This document shows, in pieces, positions 1 to 10,291 of a DNA stretch of 45,688 bases. The notes beneath the pieces were generated by a model. The model worked only from the letters and a program-made list of their open reading frames with translations, was not told where the DNA came from and did no database searches. The position numbers were made by a program, and so were the translations under genes. Position 1 is the first letter of the stretch. Every line of letters starts with the position of its first letter. The stretch is from NCBI GenBank assembly GCA_044326505.1, contig JBIRBF010000001.1, forward strand, positions 1 to 45,688, in the 5' to 3' direction. Origin of the DNA: Candidatus Nanopelagicales bacterium. Lineage in GTDB: Bacteria > Actinomycetota > Actinomycetes > S36-B12 > UBA10799.

Positions 1-567
<567 letters not shown>

Positions 568-662
568 GGGGCAACTGGCACAGGTAGGCTCAGGGCATCG
601 TTCGGAGATCACGTGGCTGACGTCTTCGTGAGCCGCCGCACCCTTAGGAGGGGTCCCTACAC

Positions 663-1682
663 GTGGATGTGAGTCTGATGGCCTGGACAATCACCGTGGT
701 CGCCGTGCTCGTCCTGGTGGCCCTTGACTTCGTGGTCGTGTCGAGCAAGCCGCACGAGGTCGGGCTCAAGGAGGCTGCTGCCTGGTCGGTGTTCTACATC
801 GGTGTGGCGATCGCCTGGGGGGTGGGGATCTGGTACTTCTGGGGTGCGCAGTACGGCACCGAGTACTTCACCGGCTGGCTGGTCGAGAAGGCGCTGTCGG
901 TCGACAACCTGTTCGTCTTCGTCATCATTCTGGGCAAGTTCATGGTGCCGGCCAAGTACTGGCAGAAGGTGCTGCTCTTCGGGATCCTCTTCGCGCTTGC
1001 CCTGCGCACGGTGTTCATCCTCCTGGGCGCCGCCATGCTCGAGTACTTCTCGTTCGCTTTCGTGATCTTCGGCGTCTTCCTGGTGTGGACCGCCGTCCAG
1101 CTCGCGCGGCATCGTAACGAGGACCCGGACGTCGAGGACTCCAAGATCGTTGAGTACGCGCAGCGCAAACTGCCGTTCTCCAAAGACTGGAACGGCGGCA
1201 AGATCCGTGTGGTCGAGGGGGGCAAGAAGCTCTTCACGCCGATGCTGCTGGTGATGATCGCGATCGCGTCCACCGATGTCTTGTTCGCTCTCGACTCCAT
1301 CCCCGCGGTCTTCGGCATCACCAGCGAGCCCTACATCGTGTTCGCCGCGAACGCCTTTGCGCTGTTGGGTTTGCGTGCGCTGTTCTTCCTGCTCAACGGG
1401 CTGCTCGACAAGATGGTCTACCTGTCGCTGGGACTCTCGATCATCCTGGGTTTCATCGGGATCAAGCTGATCCTGCACTGGGCGCACGGGATCTGGCCGG
1501 CTGCGCCGGACATCCCGACCCTGGCTTCGCTGGCCGTGATCATCGGGGTGCTGATCATCACGGCGCTGGCGAGTTGGCTGAAGGTCCGCAAGGATCCGAC
1601 CGCCATCGCACACGCCGGTACGGTCACGCTCTCGCACAACCCCGAGCGGGATACTGGACCGCACAAACTGCCCGAGGAGTAG
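663..1682 (+). CDS. TerC-family integral membrane protein
   Basis: Multi-TM protein with TerC hallmarks EKALSVDNLFVFVIIL and LFALDSIPAVFGITSEPYIVFAANAFALLGLRALFF. AGGAGG at 646-651 lies 11 nt before GTG 663. Confidence 0.9.
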   Translation: MDVSLMAWTITVVAVLVLVALDFVVVSSKPHEVGLKEAAAWSVFYIGVAIAWGVGIWYFWGAQYGTEYFTGWLVEKALSVDNLFVFVIILGKFMVPAKYWQKVLLFGILFALALRTVFILLGAAMLEYFSFAFVIFGVFLVWTAVQLARHRNEDPDVEDSKIVEYAQRKLPFSKDWNGGKIRVVEGGKKLFTPMLLVMIAIASTDVLFALDSIPAVFGITSEPYIVFAANAFALLGLRALFFLLNGLLDKMVYLSLGLSIILGFIGIKLILHWAHGIWPAAPDIPTLASLAVIIGVLIITALASWLKVRKDPTAIAHAGTVTLSHNPERDTGPHKLPEE

Positions 1683-1704
1683 GCCGGCGCGTGCGGATCG
1701 GGCG

Positions 1705-3207
1705 TCAGGTGCGCGGTTCGAAGATGGTTGCGAAGTAGCCGGCCAGCATGGCGTCGCGCAGCTGCGGCGGCAAACCCTCGATCAGCGCCTGCACGCCCGC
1801 GGCCTCCTCCGGCAGCCAGGGCTGGCCGCCGGCGTTGAGGCCGGCGAAGCGGGTGAGATTGCGGATGGTGTCCAGATCGAGCGCAGCGACGTCAACTGAC
1901 TCTGCCGCCGCCTGCAGCTGCGCATCGACGCTCGCCGAGGGGAGGTCGCGTGCCTCGGCGGCGGCTTGACGCAGTGCCCGCAGGAATTCGTCGAGCATCG
2001 TCGCCGTCGTCGCCTGCACGGTCAAGTGGGCGCTGCGCGGCAACCCGGCGAACGCCGGCTGAGCCTGGATGATCCAGCCGAGTTGACGCATCCGGTCGAC
2101 GAGAACAAAGGGATCCACGCCGGCGCCGGAGGCCGCCCCGCCGTCGCGCGGGTCCGCGGCGAGGGCCAGCAGGGTCGAACTTGGCGAGGCCAGGACCCGC
2201 AGCCCGGGGATGCCGTCCACCGCATCGGCGATGGCCAGGGTCGCCGATCGCGCCTGAGCCACGAGTTGGCGGTAGCCATCGGCCCCGATCCGGCGCGCGA
2301 CCGCCCACGCGGCAGCCATTGGGCCGGCTGACTTGGTGGACTGCAGGGTCGTGTTCACCACCGGGTAGCCGGGCCACTCCGAGAAGGCGAAGTACGTGCC
2401 GAGCCGGTACTCCTGGTCGGCGAAGAGCAGCAACGAGCTGCCCTTCGGGGCGTAGGCGTACTTGTGCAGATCCACCGACAGGCTCCGCACCCCTGGGACC
2501 GAGAGGTCGAAGGGAGGTACGGCCTCGCCCAGCTGGGCCATGAAGGGCAGCACCCAGCCGCCGATGCAGGCGTCGACGTGCACCGGCACGCCTGCCGCCC
2601 GGGCGACCTCGGCGATCTGTACCACGGGGTCCAGGACTCCGTGGGCGTAGGAAGGCGCCGAGGCCACCACCAGGCACGCCCGCGGGCCTAGGTCGACCAG
2701 CGCGGCCGCGATGTCTGCGGGCCGCACGGCCATCGTGGTGGGGTCGACGCCGACGCGGACCACATCGAGGTCGAGCAGCTCGGCGGCCTTCGCGAAGGCC
2801 GGGTGCGCGGTGGCCCCCAGTACTATTGCGGGGCGCTCCGAGTCGCCCGGATGGGTGCGACGCCAGTGCGACCGCGCGCCCTTGACCGCCAACATGCATG
2901 ATTCCGTTCCACCGGAGGTGACGGTGCCGACGGCCTCCGGTGCCGCGGCTCCGCCGAGCAGGCCCAGACCCCATCCCACAAGGTCGTTCTCGATGGCGGC
3001 CACACTCGGGAAGACAGTGGGGTCCAGCGCATTGAGCCCGCTGAAACGGGCCAGCGCGGCGTGCGCCACACCCTGCAGGTCCGGAATGCCCGCGTCGTAG
3101 ACGTAGGCCAGCACCCGGCCGCCCTCGGACGGGGCATCGGACTCCCGAAGCCACTCCAGTTCGGTGCGGATCTGGGCCGGTGCGGCGGGCATCTCGGGCA
3201 GATTCAT
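1705..3207 (-). CDS. PLP-dependent group II decarboxylase-fold enzyme, sphingosine-1-phosphate-lyase-like
   Basis: 500 aa. TSGGTESCMLAV, and a PLP-lysine segment SVDLHKYAYAPKGSSLLLFADQEYR that closely resembles the S1P-lyase signature. The start ATG overlaps the upstream transporter stop (ATGA, 3204-3207). Confidence 0.85.
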   Translation of the reverse strand: MNLPEMPAAPAQIRTELEWLRESDAPSEGGRVLAYVYDAGIPDLQGVAHAALARFSGLNALDPTVFPSVAAIENDLVGWGLGLLGGAAAPEAVGTVTSGGTESCMLAVKGARSHWRRTHPGDSERPAIVLGATAHPAFAKAAELLDLDVVRVGVDPTTMAVRPADIAAALVDLGPRACLVVASAPSYAHGVLDPVVQIAEVARAAGVPVHVDACIGGWVLPFMAQLGEAVPPFDLSVPGVRSLSVDLHKYAYAPKGSSLLLFADQEYRLGTYFAFSEWPGYPVVNTTLQSTKSAGPMAAAWAVARRIGADGYRQLVAQARSATLAIADAVDGIPGLRVLASPSSTLLALAADPRDGGAASGAGVDPFVLVDRMRQLGWIIQAQPAFAGLPRSAHLTVQATTATMLDEFLRALRQAAAEARDLPSASVDAQLQAAAESVDVAALDLDTIRNLTRFAGLNAGGQPWLPEEAAGVQALIEGLPPQLRDAMLAGYFATIFEPRT

Positions 3208-4595
3208 GACGACTCCTCAGTGCTGGTCGCGGGTAGTCGGGGGATATCCGCCTCGGTGATCCGGCGCGAGTCGTATCGGCGCAGGAACAGCAGGCTGACC
3301 AGCAGGAGCGCCGCCGGCAGCGCGGTGAAGGCGAGCAGCACCCCCGTCACGGCCGAGGCCGGCTGGTCGGCCACGTCGCCCGCGCGAGCAGAGACGAAGC
3401 CGGTGAGGCTGAGCACAGCCAGTGCGAGGGCCGGACCGATCGCGAAGCCCAGCGTCTCGCCGGCCGTCCAGTACCCCGTGAAGGCCCCGGCCTGGGCGCG
3501 CCCGCGGGAGTCGGCGTCGGCAGCGATGGTGTCGGGCAGCATCGCCAGCGGGTACATCTGCATGCCGGCGTAACCACAGCCGCAGATCGCCACCAGTAGC
3601 AGAACCAGCGGCAGTGGCAGGACTGGCGAGGCGAGCAGGGCGACCGCGCCGCCCAGGAAGACCACCGAAGCGGCTTGGTATCCCCGCTTCTTGCCGCGCC
3701 GTCGGGCCACCTTGGCCCATACCGGTACGAACACGATCGCCGGAGCCACCAGGCAGGCGAACAGCACATCGCTGATACCCGGACGGTGCAGGATGTAGGT
3801 CGCGAAATAGGGGGCCGCGGCGAGCATGGCGCTCGTTGCCAGAGCTTGGATTGCGAAGGTCGCCAGCAGGGCGACGAAGTCGGCGCTGTGCCGCGCGGCG
3901 TCGAACTGCTGCCTGAGAGTGGGCCGACTCTCGGGGCTGCGCCGCACGGTGGCTCGGCGCAGGCCCCACCAACAGGCCAGCATCCCCGCGCCGATGAGCA
4001 ACCCGACCACGACACCCATGACCAGGTAGCCGGTGGTGTCGTCCGCGAAGGCGTCGCGCAGCGCGGGCGATCCGGCACCGAAGAGCAGGATGCCAAAGGC
4101 GAGCATGCCGACCCGCCACGCCATCAGGGTGGTGCGGGCCTGGGACGAATCCGTGATCTCGGCCGGGGTGGCGATATAGGGGACCTGGAAGAGGGCGAAC
4201 GCCGATGCCGCGCCGAGGAAGGCGAGGAAGACCCAGATCGTCGCCGTCGCCGTCGAGGCCCCCGCCGGCACCGAGAACATCAGTGCGAAGAGCGGGGGGA
4301 GCAGCAGTGCCCCGGCCAGTAGGAACCGCCGGCGATTGCCATGGCGCTCCAGGTAGCGGTCGCTCCAACTGCCCACGAGCGGCAGGAACACGATGTCCCA
4401 GGCCTTGGGCAGGAGCAGGACCAGCGCCGCGATGCCGGCGGCGACGCCCAAGCTGTTGGTCAGGTAGTACGCCAGCAACAAGCCCGGGACGGCGCTGAAG
4501 CCGGCTGTCCCGACGGACCCGAAGGCGTAGGAGAGCGTGATACCGCGGTCCAACTCCGTCGGCGCCGCTGCGTCATTGCTACCGGTCGTGGCCAT
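3204..4595 (-). CDS. MFS-superfamily transporter, glycoside-pentoside-hexuronide (GPH/MelB-like) type
   Basis: 463 aa, about 12 TM. The N-terminal GPH-like signature is LPKAWDIVFLPLVGSWSDRYLERHGNRRRFLLAG. Translationally coupled to the downstream PLP enzyme. Confidence 0.8.
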   Translation of the reverse strand: MATTGSNDAAAPTELDRGITLSYAFGSVGTAGFSAVPGLLLAYYLTNSLGVAAGIAALVLLLPKAWDIVFLPLVGSWSDRYLERHGNRRRFLLAGALLLPPLFALMFSVPAGASTATATIWVFLAFLGAASAFALFQVPYIATPAEITDSSQARTTLMAWRVGMLAFGILLFGAGSPALRDAFADDTTGYLVMGVVVGLLIGAGMLACWWGLRRATVRRSPESRPTLRQQFDAARHSADFVALLATFAIQALATSAMLAAAPYFATYILHRPGISDVLFACLVAPAIVFVPVWAKVARRRGKKRGYQAASVVFLGGAVALLASPVLPLPLVLLLVAICGCGYAGMQMYPLAMLPDTIAADADSRGRAQAGAFTGYWTAGETLGFAIGPALALAVLSLTGFVSARAGDVADQPASAVTGVLLAFTALPAALLLVSLLFLRRYDSRRITEADIPRLPATSTEESS

Positions 4596-4601
4596 GGTGG
4601 A

Positions 4602-5264
4602 TCACCAGCCCCTGGCTGCCCATTCCCCGAGGTGCGGGCGCTCGGCGGCCAGGGTCGTGTCCCAGCCGTGACCCGGATACACGTGGGCGTCGTCGAAGCG
4701 CTGGAACAGCTTCGCGCTCACGTCGTCCAGAAGTTGCTCGAACTCGGCTGGCCCGGCCGTGTGGCCGACGCCCCCGGGGAACAGCGAATCGCCGGTGAAC
4801 AGATGGTGCGTGCCGTCGGCGGCCCCGACATGAAGTGCGATCCCACCGGGTGTGTGCCCGCGGAGGCTAATGACCTCCACCTCCCCGCCGCCCGCTGCGG
4901 GGTCGCCGACCCGAACGGTCTCGCCGTCGGCAAGTGCGATGTCGGTGGGCACACCGATGCCGGGCACGTCGTCCGCCCCCGCCATGGTTGGTGCGCCGGT
5001 GGCGGCCACGACGTCTGCCAGGGCCCGCCAGTGATCGCCGTGGCGATGGGTGGTGATAACGCCGGCGAGCGGAGTGTCGCCCACGATCGGCAGGATCCGA
5101 TCGGCTTCGTCGGCGGCGTCGATGAGCAGCCCGGTGCCGTCCGGTGCGCGCAGCAGGTAGACGTTGTTGTCCAGCGGACCCACCGCGAGCTTGGTGAGCG
5201 CGAACGTGCCCAGGTCGATCGATTGCGCTGGTGCGCCCGGTGCCGTGCGGCCGGAGTACGACAT
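4602..5264 (-). CDS. MBL-fold metallo-hydrolase (glyoxalase II-like)
   Basis: 220 aa with the HxHxDH motif (ITTHRHGDHW) and later His/Asp ligands (LRGHTPGG, FTGDSLF). The stop lies 6 nt upstream of the GPH transporter start. Confidence 0.85.
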   Translation of the reverse strand: MSYSGRTAPGAPAQSIDLGTFALTKLAVGPLDNNVYLLRAPDGTGLLIDAADEADRILPIVGDTPLAGVITTHRHGDHWRALADVVAATGAPTMAGADDVPGIGVPTDIALADGETVRVGDPAAGGGEVEVISLRGHTPGGIALHVGAADGTHHLFTGDSLFPGGVGHTAGPAEFEQLLDDVSAKLFQRFDDAHVYPGHGWDTTLAAERPHLGEWAARGW

Positions 5265-5327
5265 GGCTGCAGCGTAGTGCGGCGGCGTCGGATTGGGCGA
5301 GGTTCATCACCCGAGCAGGCCGCCGCA

Positions 5328-5333
5328 TAGGCT
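5328..5333 (+). promoter_or_regulatory. -10-like hexamer TAGGCT, 6 nt upstream of the uvrA GTG (candidate leaderless promoter)
   Basis: TAnnnT hexamer at 5328-5333. The GTG at 5340 has no SD in the 15 nt before it. Confidence 0.4.
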
Positions 5334-5339
5334 TGCCGC

Positions 5340-8198
5340 GTGTTGGATCGCCTGATCGTCCGGGGTGCCCGCGAGCACAACCTCAAGGACGTGTCGCTCG
5401 ACTTGCCGCGCGACGCCTTGATCGTGTTCACCGGCTTGTCCGGTTCGGGGAAGTCCTCGCTGGCCTTCGACACGATCTTCGCCGAGGGGCAGCGGCGCTA
5501 CGTCGAGAGCCTGAGCGCGTACGCCCGGCAATTCCTGGGCCAGATGGACAAGCCCGACGTGGACTTCATCGAGGGCCTGTCGCCGGCGGTTTCGATCGAT
5601 CAGAAGTCCACCTCGCGCAACCCCCGGTCGACGGTGGGCACCGTCACCGAGGTCTACGACTACCTCCGGTTGCTGTACGCGCGGATCGGTAAGCCGCACT
5701 GCCCCGAGTGCGGTCGCCCCATCGCCCGCCAGCATCCGCAGCAGATCGTGGACCAACTGCTGGCCCTGCCCGACGGCACCCGCTTCCAGGTGCTGGCGCC
5801 GGTGGTGCGCGAGCGCAAGGGCGAGTTCGTCGATCTGTTCCGGTCGCTGCAGTCGCAGGGCTACTCGCGGGCGCGGGTCGACGGCACCACCTATCCGCTC
5901 ACCGAGGTGCCGGCCCTGAAGAAGCAGGAAAAGCACTCGGTGGAGGTCGTGGTGGACCGACTCGCGGTGAAGAAGGCGGCGCAGCAGCGCCTGACCGACT
6001 CGGTGGAAACCGCTCTGCGGCTGGCCGGCGGCAACGTGGTGCTCGATTTCGTGGATCTGCCCGAGGATGCTCCCGAGCGGCTGCGGACGTTCTCCGAGCA
6101 CCTGGCCTGCCCCTTCGACGGCTTGAGCTTCGAGGAGCTGGAACCACGGTCGTTCTCGTTCAACTCGCCGTTCGGCGCCTGCCCCGAGTGCACCGGACTG
6201 GGCACCCGCAACGAGGTCGATCCCGACCTCGTGGTGCCCGATCCCGAGCTGTCGCTGGCGCGGGGCGCCATCGCGCCGTGGGCCTCGGGGGCCAGCGCGG
6301 ACTACTTCGCCCGTTTGCTCGGAGCGCTGGCTGAGGACCACAGCATCGACCTGGACGCTCCATGGCATACGTTGCCGGCCAAGGCCCGCGCCACGGTGCT
6401 CAACGGCAGCGGGAAGTCGGTGACCGTCAAGTACCGCAACCGGTACGGCCGCGACCGTTCGTACACCACCGGCTTCGAGGGCGCGATCCCGTACATCCAG
6501 CGCCGCCACGCGGAGGCCGAGTCAGATGCCAGCCGAGAGCGCTACGCCGGTTTCATGCGGGAGGTCCCGTGCCCGGTGTGCCGCGGCGCACGCCTGAAGC
6601 CGGTCAGCCTGGCGGTGACCATCGGGGACCGCTCCATCGCGGACGTCGCGGGCCTTCCCATCGGCGAAGCCATGGCCGAACTGCGCTCGCTGAAACTCGA
6701 CGACCGCGACGCCGCCATCGGTGCCCGGGTGTTGAAGGAGATCGACGAGCGGCTGCAGTTCCTGGTCGATGTCGGGTTGCACTACCTGTCTTTGGATCGC
6801 CCGGCCGCGACGCTGGCCGGCGGCGAGGCACAGCGCATCCGGCTCGCGACGCAGATCGGCTCCGGCCTGGTCGGAGTGCTGTACGTCCTGGACGAGCCCA
6901 GCATCGGGCTGCACCAGCGGGACAACCGCCGCCTGATCGAGACCCTCGTGCGGTTGCGCGATCTGGGGAACACGCTGATCGTCGTGGAGCACGACGAGGA
7001 CACGATCCGGGCCGCGGACTGGGTGGTGGACATCGGTCCGGGCGCCGGCGAGCACGGCGGACAAGTCGTGGTGAGCGGTCCGGTGTCCGAGTTGCTGGCC
7101 AGCAAGGACTCGGTCACGGGGGCCTTCGTCGCCGGCCGCGAACGGATCGAGGTGCCCGCCTCGCGCCGCGCGCCCGAGCCCGGCCGGGAGCTGCGGGTGG
7201 TCGGGGCTCGGGAGCACAATCTGGACGGCGTCGATGCGACCTTCCCGCTCGGCTGCTTCGTGGCCGTGACCGGTGTGAGCGGCAGTGGCAAGTCGACGCT
7301 CGTCAATGACGTGCTGTACCGCGTGCTCGCCCGTGAGTTGAATGGGGCCCGCACGGTGCCGGGCCGGCACACCCGGGTGGTGGGCCTGGAGCATCTGGAC
7401 AAGGTCGTGCACGTGGATCAGAGCCCCATCGGTCGCACGCCGCGGTCGAACCCGGCCACGTACACCGGCGTGTTCGACCACGTCCGCAAGCTCTTCGCGG
7501 CCACCGAGGAGGCCAAGGTCCGCGGCTACCTGCCGGGGCGATTCTCCTTCAACGTCAAAGGCGGGCGGTGCGAGGCCTGCACCGGCGACGGCACGATCAA
7601 GATCGAGATGAACTTCCTGCCTGACGTGTACGTGCCCTGCGAGGTGTGCCACGGCGCCCGCTACAACCGCGAAACGCTCGAGGTGCACTACAAGGGCAAG
7701 ACCATCGCCGAGGTGCTCGACATGCCGATCGAGGAAGGCGCGGAGTTCTTCGCCGCCGTGCCGGCCATCGCGCGGCACCTGCGCACGCTGGTGGACGTCG
7801 GACTGGGATACGTGCGGCTGGGGCAGCCAGCACCGACGTTGTCCGGCGGCGAGGCGCAGCGCGTCAAACTCGCCGCGGAGCTGCAGAAGCGGGCCACCGG
7901 CCGGACGATCTACGTTCTTGACGAGCCGACCACGGGGCTGCACTTCGAGGACATCCGAAAACTGCTCAAGGTGCTGCAACGGCTGGTGGACACCGGCAAC
8001 ACCGTCCTGGTGATCGAGCACAACCTGGACGTCATCAAGACGGCCGACTGGCTCATCGACATGGGACCCGAGGGAGGCTCCGGCGGTGGCAGAGTAGTGG
8101 CGACAGGCACGCCGGAGGCCGTCGCGCAGGTCGCTGACAGCCACACCGGAGCATTCCTGGCCGAGATTCTCGCGCCCAACCCCACGGAGGACCCATGA
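5340..8198 (+). CDS. uvrA: Excinuclease ABC subunit A
   Basis: 952 aa. N-terminus [16 protein letters not shown]. Two Walker A motifs ([20 protein letters not shown]) and two LSGGEAQR signatures. Zinc-finger CxxC pairs: [40 protein letters not shown]. Confidence 0.97.
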   Translation: MLDRLIVRGAREHNLKDVSLDLPRDALIVFTGLSGSGKSSLAFDTIFAEGQRRYVESLSAYARQFLGQMDKPDVDFIEGLSPAVSIDQKSTSRNPRSTVGTVTEVYDYLRLLYARIGKPHCPECGRPIARQHPQQIVDQLLALPDGTRFQVLAPVVRERKGEFVDLFRSLQSQGYSRARVDGTTYPLTEVPALKKQEKHSVEVVVDRLAVKKAAQQRLTDSVETALRLAGGNVVLDFVDLPEDAPERLRTFSEHLACPFDGLSFEELEPRSFSFNSPFGACPECTGLGTRNEVDPDLVVPDPELSLARGAIAPWASGASADYFARLLGALAEDHSIDLDAPWHTLPAKARATVLNGSGKSVTVKYRNRYGRDRSYTTGFEGAIPYIQRRHAEAESDASRERYAGFMREVPCPVCRGARLKPVSLAVTIGDRSIADVAGLPIGEAMAELRSLKLDDRDAAIGARVLKEIDERLQFLVDVGLHYLSLDRPAATLAGGEAQRIRLATQIGSGLVGVLYVLDEPSIGLHQRDNRRLIETLVRLRDLGNTLIVVEHDEDTIRAADWVVDIGPGAGEHGGQVVVSGPVSELLASKDSVTGAFVAGRERIEVPASRRAPEPGRELRVVGAREHNLDGVDATFPLGCFVAVTGVSGSGKSTLVNDVLYRVLARELNGARTVPGRHTRVVGLEHLDKVVHVDQSPIGRTPRSNPATYTGVFDHVRKLFAATEEAKVRGYLPGRFSFNVKGGRCEACTGDGTIKIEMNFLPDVYVPCEVCHGARYNRETLEVHYKGKTIAEVLDMPIEEGAEFFAAVPAIARHLRTLVDVGLGYVRLGQPAPTLSGGEAQRVKLAAELQKRATGRTIYVLDEPTTGLHFEDIRKLLKVLQRLVDTGNTVLVIEHNLDVIKTADWLIDMGPEGGSGGGRVVATGTPEAVAQVADSHTGAFLAEILAPNPTEDP

Positions 8199-8683
8199 GC
8201 GACGACCGCGACCAGCTGGCACCAGAGGTCGGCACAGCACTCCCACGTCGGACGGTGCTGGCCGTCGGTGCACTCGGCGCCGCCGGTGCGGCGCTGGCCG
8301 CATGTGGTGGCTCGAGCGGCTCCGGCGCGTCCGCGTCTTCCGGCACGGCTGGCGCCTCCGGGTCGGCGGCCGCGTCGAGCGCCGCCCTCGCGGCAGCCGG
8401 ACCGGCATCCGAGGTGCCCGTGGGTGGCGCCGTCATCGTTCCTGTGGGCGATACCGCCTATGTGGTCGCGCAGCCCTCGGCCGGCAAGTACGTCGCGCAT
8501 AGCGCGGTCTGCCCTCACCAGGGGTGCCTGTGCAACGCGGTTACGTCCGGCAAGGCGATCTGCCCCTGCCACGGCAGCGAGTTCAATGCCGAGACCGGCG
8601 CCGTCGAGAAGGGCCCCGCCAAGGAGGGCCTTTCGCCGGCCTCGGTAAGTGTCTCCGAGGGCACACTGCTGCTGCCGTCCTAG
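8195..8683 (+). CDS. Exported (Tat signal plus lipobox) Rieske [2Fe-2S] domain protein
   Basis: 162 aa. Twin-arginine [22 protein letters not shown] with lipobox LAAC, then an S/G/A-rich linker. Rieske ligands CPHQGC and CPCHGS. GGAGG at 8186-8190 sits 4 nt before the ATG. ATGA overlap with the uvrA stop. Confidence 0.8.
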   Translation: MSDDRDQLAPEVGTALPRRTVLAVGALGAAGAALAACGGSSGSGASASSGTAGASGSAAASSAALAAAGPASEVPVGGAVIVPVGDTAYVVAQPSAGKYVAHSAVCPHQGCLCNAVTSGKAICPCHGSEFNAETGAVEKGPAKEGLSPASVSVSEGTLLLPS

Positions 8684-10233
8684 CGGGCCGCGGCGCCAGT
8701 GCGCCGCCCACGATCTACGAGTCGCCGACTGGCCACGAACACGCCGGCAGTCAGTGCGCTCAGCACCGCTCCGGCCCAACCGTGCGCGGCCATGCCGTCG
8801 AGATAGGCCCGCTGCAGCGCCTCGCCCACGACCTGCACCTCGGCGGCGGGCACCGCGTAGGAGGATGCCACCTCCTGGGCCGAGGCGCCGGAGCGCAGTT
8901 GCTGCGCGATTTGGCTCGCCTCGGCGGCAGGGACCTCTGCGGCGTCGAGCTGTGCGGAGATCGACGCCGAGAACGTGGCGAAGACCAGAGCGGAGATGAC
9001 GGCGATCCCGGCCACCGTGCCCACGCTGATCGCTGCCTGCCGGAACGCCGATGCGCCGCCCTCGGCGCCGGGAGTTGCGGCATCCATGAGCGCGTTGGTC
9101 ATCGGCACGCCTGCTGCGACGGCGGCGTAGCTGTACAGGCACGTCACCAGCAGCGGCCACCACAGCGGCGAGCTCACGTGGACCGACGCACTCAGGGCGA
9201 GTGAGGCGCCCGTGAGCATGAGGAGCCAGGTGCCCGCGGCGGTAATCCCCCGGCGCCGGACGATCGGCCCTGCGGTTCGCGCTCCCAGGGCAGCACAGGC
9301 CTGCGCTGGCACCATCAGCAGTGCCGTCTCGAGCACGCTCAACCCGTACACGTACTCGTAGGCAAGCGTCATGTAGTACCAGAGCTGGGTGAAGCACCAC
9401 AGCCCGATGGCCACGAGCAGCAGCACGACCCCGCTGCGGCGCATCATCGCGACGTCCAGCGACGGGCGCGCAGTGTGTCGCAGCACCAGCACGAGTGCCG
9501 CCGCTGCGACCACGGCAACGGCCAGCCGCAGCAGCGTCGACGTCGCGAGCACGCCATCGGACGACGCATGCGAGATCGCCTGCACCAACCCGACGCAGGT
9601 CACCCCTGCGAGCATCGGGGTCCACCACTCGCCTCCCGTCCGGGCCGGGCTCAGGCCCGGCGGCAGCGCCCAGCGGCCCGCCACCAGGGCTGCCAGTCCG
9701 CCCACCACCCAGGTCGCAGCCACCACCCGCCAAGACGACGACTCCATCAGGGCAGCGGCCACGACCGGCAGGAGCACGAACACCAGCGGACTCACCATCG
9801 AGAACACCGCGAAGGCGGTGGCCCGCGCATCCCTGCCGGCGAACCCCGCGCCGATCACCCCGAGCGGCACGACGAGCAGAACCGTCGCGCCGACCGCCTG
9901 CACGGCTAGTCCCGCGACTGCCGCGCCGAACGCAGGGGCCGCCGCCACCAGCGCGGAGCCGAGGGTCAGCAGGATCGCTCCGGCGGTGATCACGCGGCGC
10001 TCGCCGAATCGTGATGCGGTCATCGCCGCAACGAAGATCACCAACAGCGACGCGATGCTCGGAACTTCGCGCAGCAAGGCCCCGCTGGACTGGTTCTGAC
10101 CGAACGTGACGAGCATCGGGGTGACGATGTAGTTGAACGTCGCGGGCTGCATGTAGGCGGCTCCGGCCGCGATGCAGACGCCGACTAGCAGGCGTGACCG
10201 CTGGCTCGGCTCCATGCCACGGGATTCAGCCAT
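8680..10233 (-). CDS. MFS transporter (long, probably 14-TM DHA2-like exporter)
   Basis: 517 aa, highly hydrophobic with many predicted TM segments. Strong SD (GAGGAGG) 5 nt upstream of ATG 10233. The stop overlaps the Rieske gene stop (CTAG, 8680-8683). Confidence 0.8.
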   Translation of the reverse strand: MAESRGMEPSQRSRLLVGVCIAAGAAYMQPATFNYIVTPMLVTFGQNQSSGALLREVPSIASLLVIFVAAMTASRFGERRVITAGAILLTLGSALVAAAPAFGAAVAGLAVQAVGATVLLVVPLGVIGAGFAGRDARATAFAVFSMVSPLVFVLLPVVAAALMESSSWRVVAATWVVGGLAALVAGRWALPPGLSPARTGGEWWTPMLAGVTCVGLVQAISHASSDGVLATSTLLRLAVAVVAAAALVLVLRHTARPSLDVAMMRRSGVVLLLVAIGLWCFTQLWYYMTLAYEYVYGLSVLETALLMVPAQACAALGARTAGPIVRRRGITAAGTWLLMLTGASLALSASVHVSSPLWWPLLVTCLYSYAAVAAGVPMTNALMDAATPGAEGGASAFRQAAISVGTVAGIAVISALVFATFSASISAQLDAAEVPAAEASQIAQQLRSGASAQEVASSYAVPAAEVQVVGEALQRAYLDGMAAHGWAGAVLSALTAGVFVASRRLVDRGRRTGAAAR

Positions 10234-10291
10234 GGCGACCTCCTCGCACCTGATCCCAGGCTAGATCCAGGGGGGTCGATGCGGCGCTGGG

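Noticed and set aside
568-662. Possible yybP-ykoY (Mn2+) riboswitch upstream of the TerC-family gene.
   Set aside because: TerC genes often carry this riboswitch. However, the 95-nt leader lacks the conserved GGGGAGUAG and GAGACC-type elements and the four-way architecture, as far as I can read it. A covariance-model scan (Rfam RF00080) would settle this.
657-1664. Long ORFs antisense to, or frame-shifted within, well-supported genes. Examples: 657-1664(-), 5307-6509(-), 6522-8408(-), 7910-9733(-), 10185-11960(-), 32296-33405(-), 38349-39884(-), 40140-42215(-).
   Set aside because: Their translations are Arg/Gly/Pro/Ala/His-rich low-complexity strings with no recognisable motifs. Each lies fully inside a gene with clear family signatures. 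Stop-poor shadow frames like these are expected in very GC-rich DNA.
5265-5339. LexA SOS box (TCGAAC-N4-GTTCGA) or RecA-independent damage promoter near uvrA, uvrC or the uvrB end.
   Set aside because: No such palindrome occurs in any of the relevant spacers. Isolated TCGAAC hexamers occur only inside coding regions.
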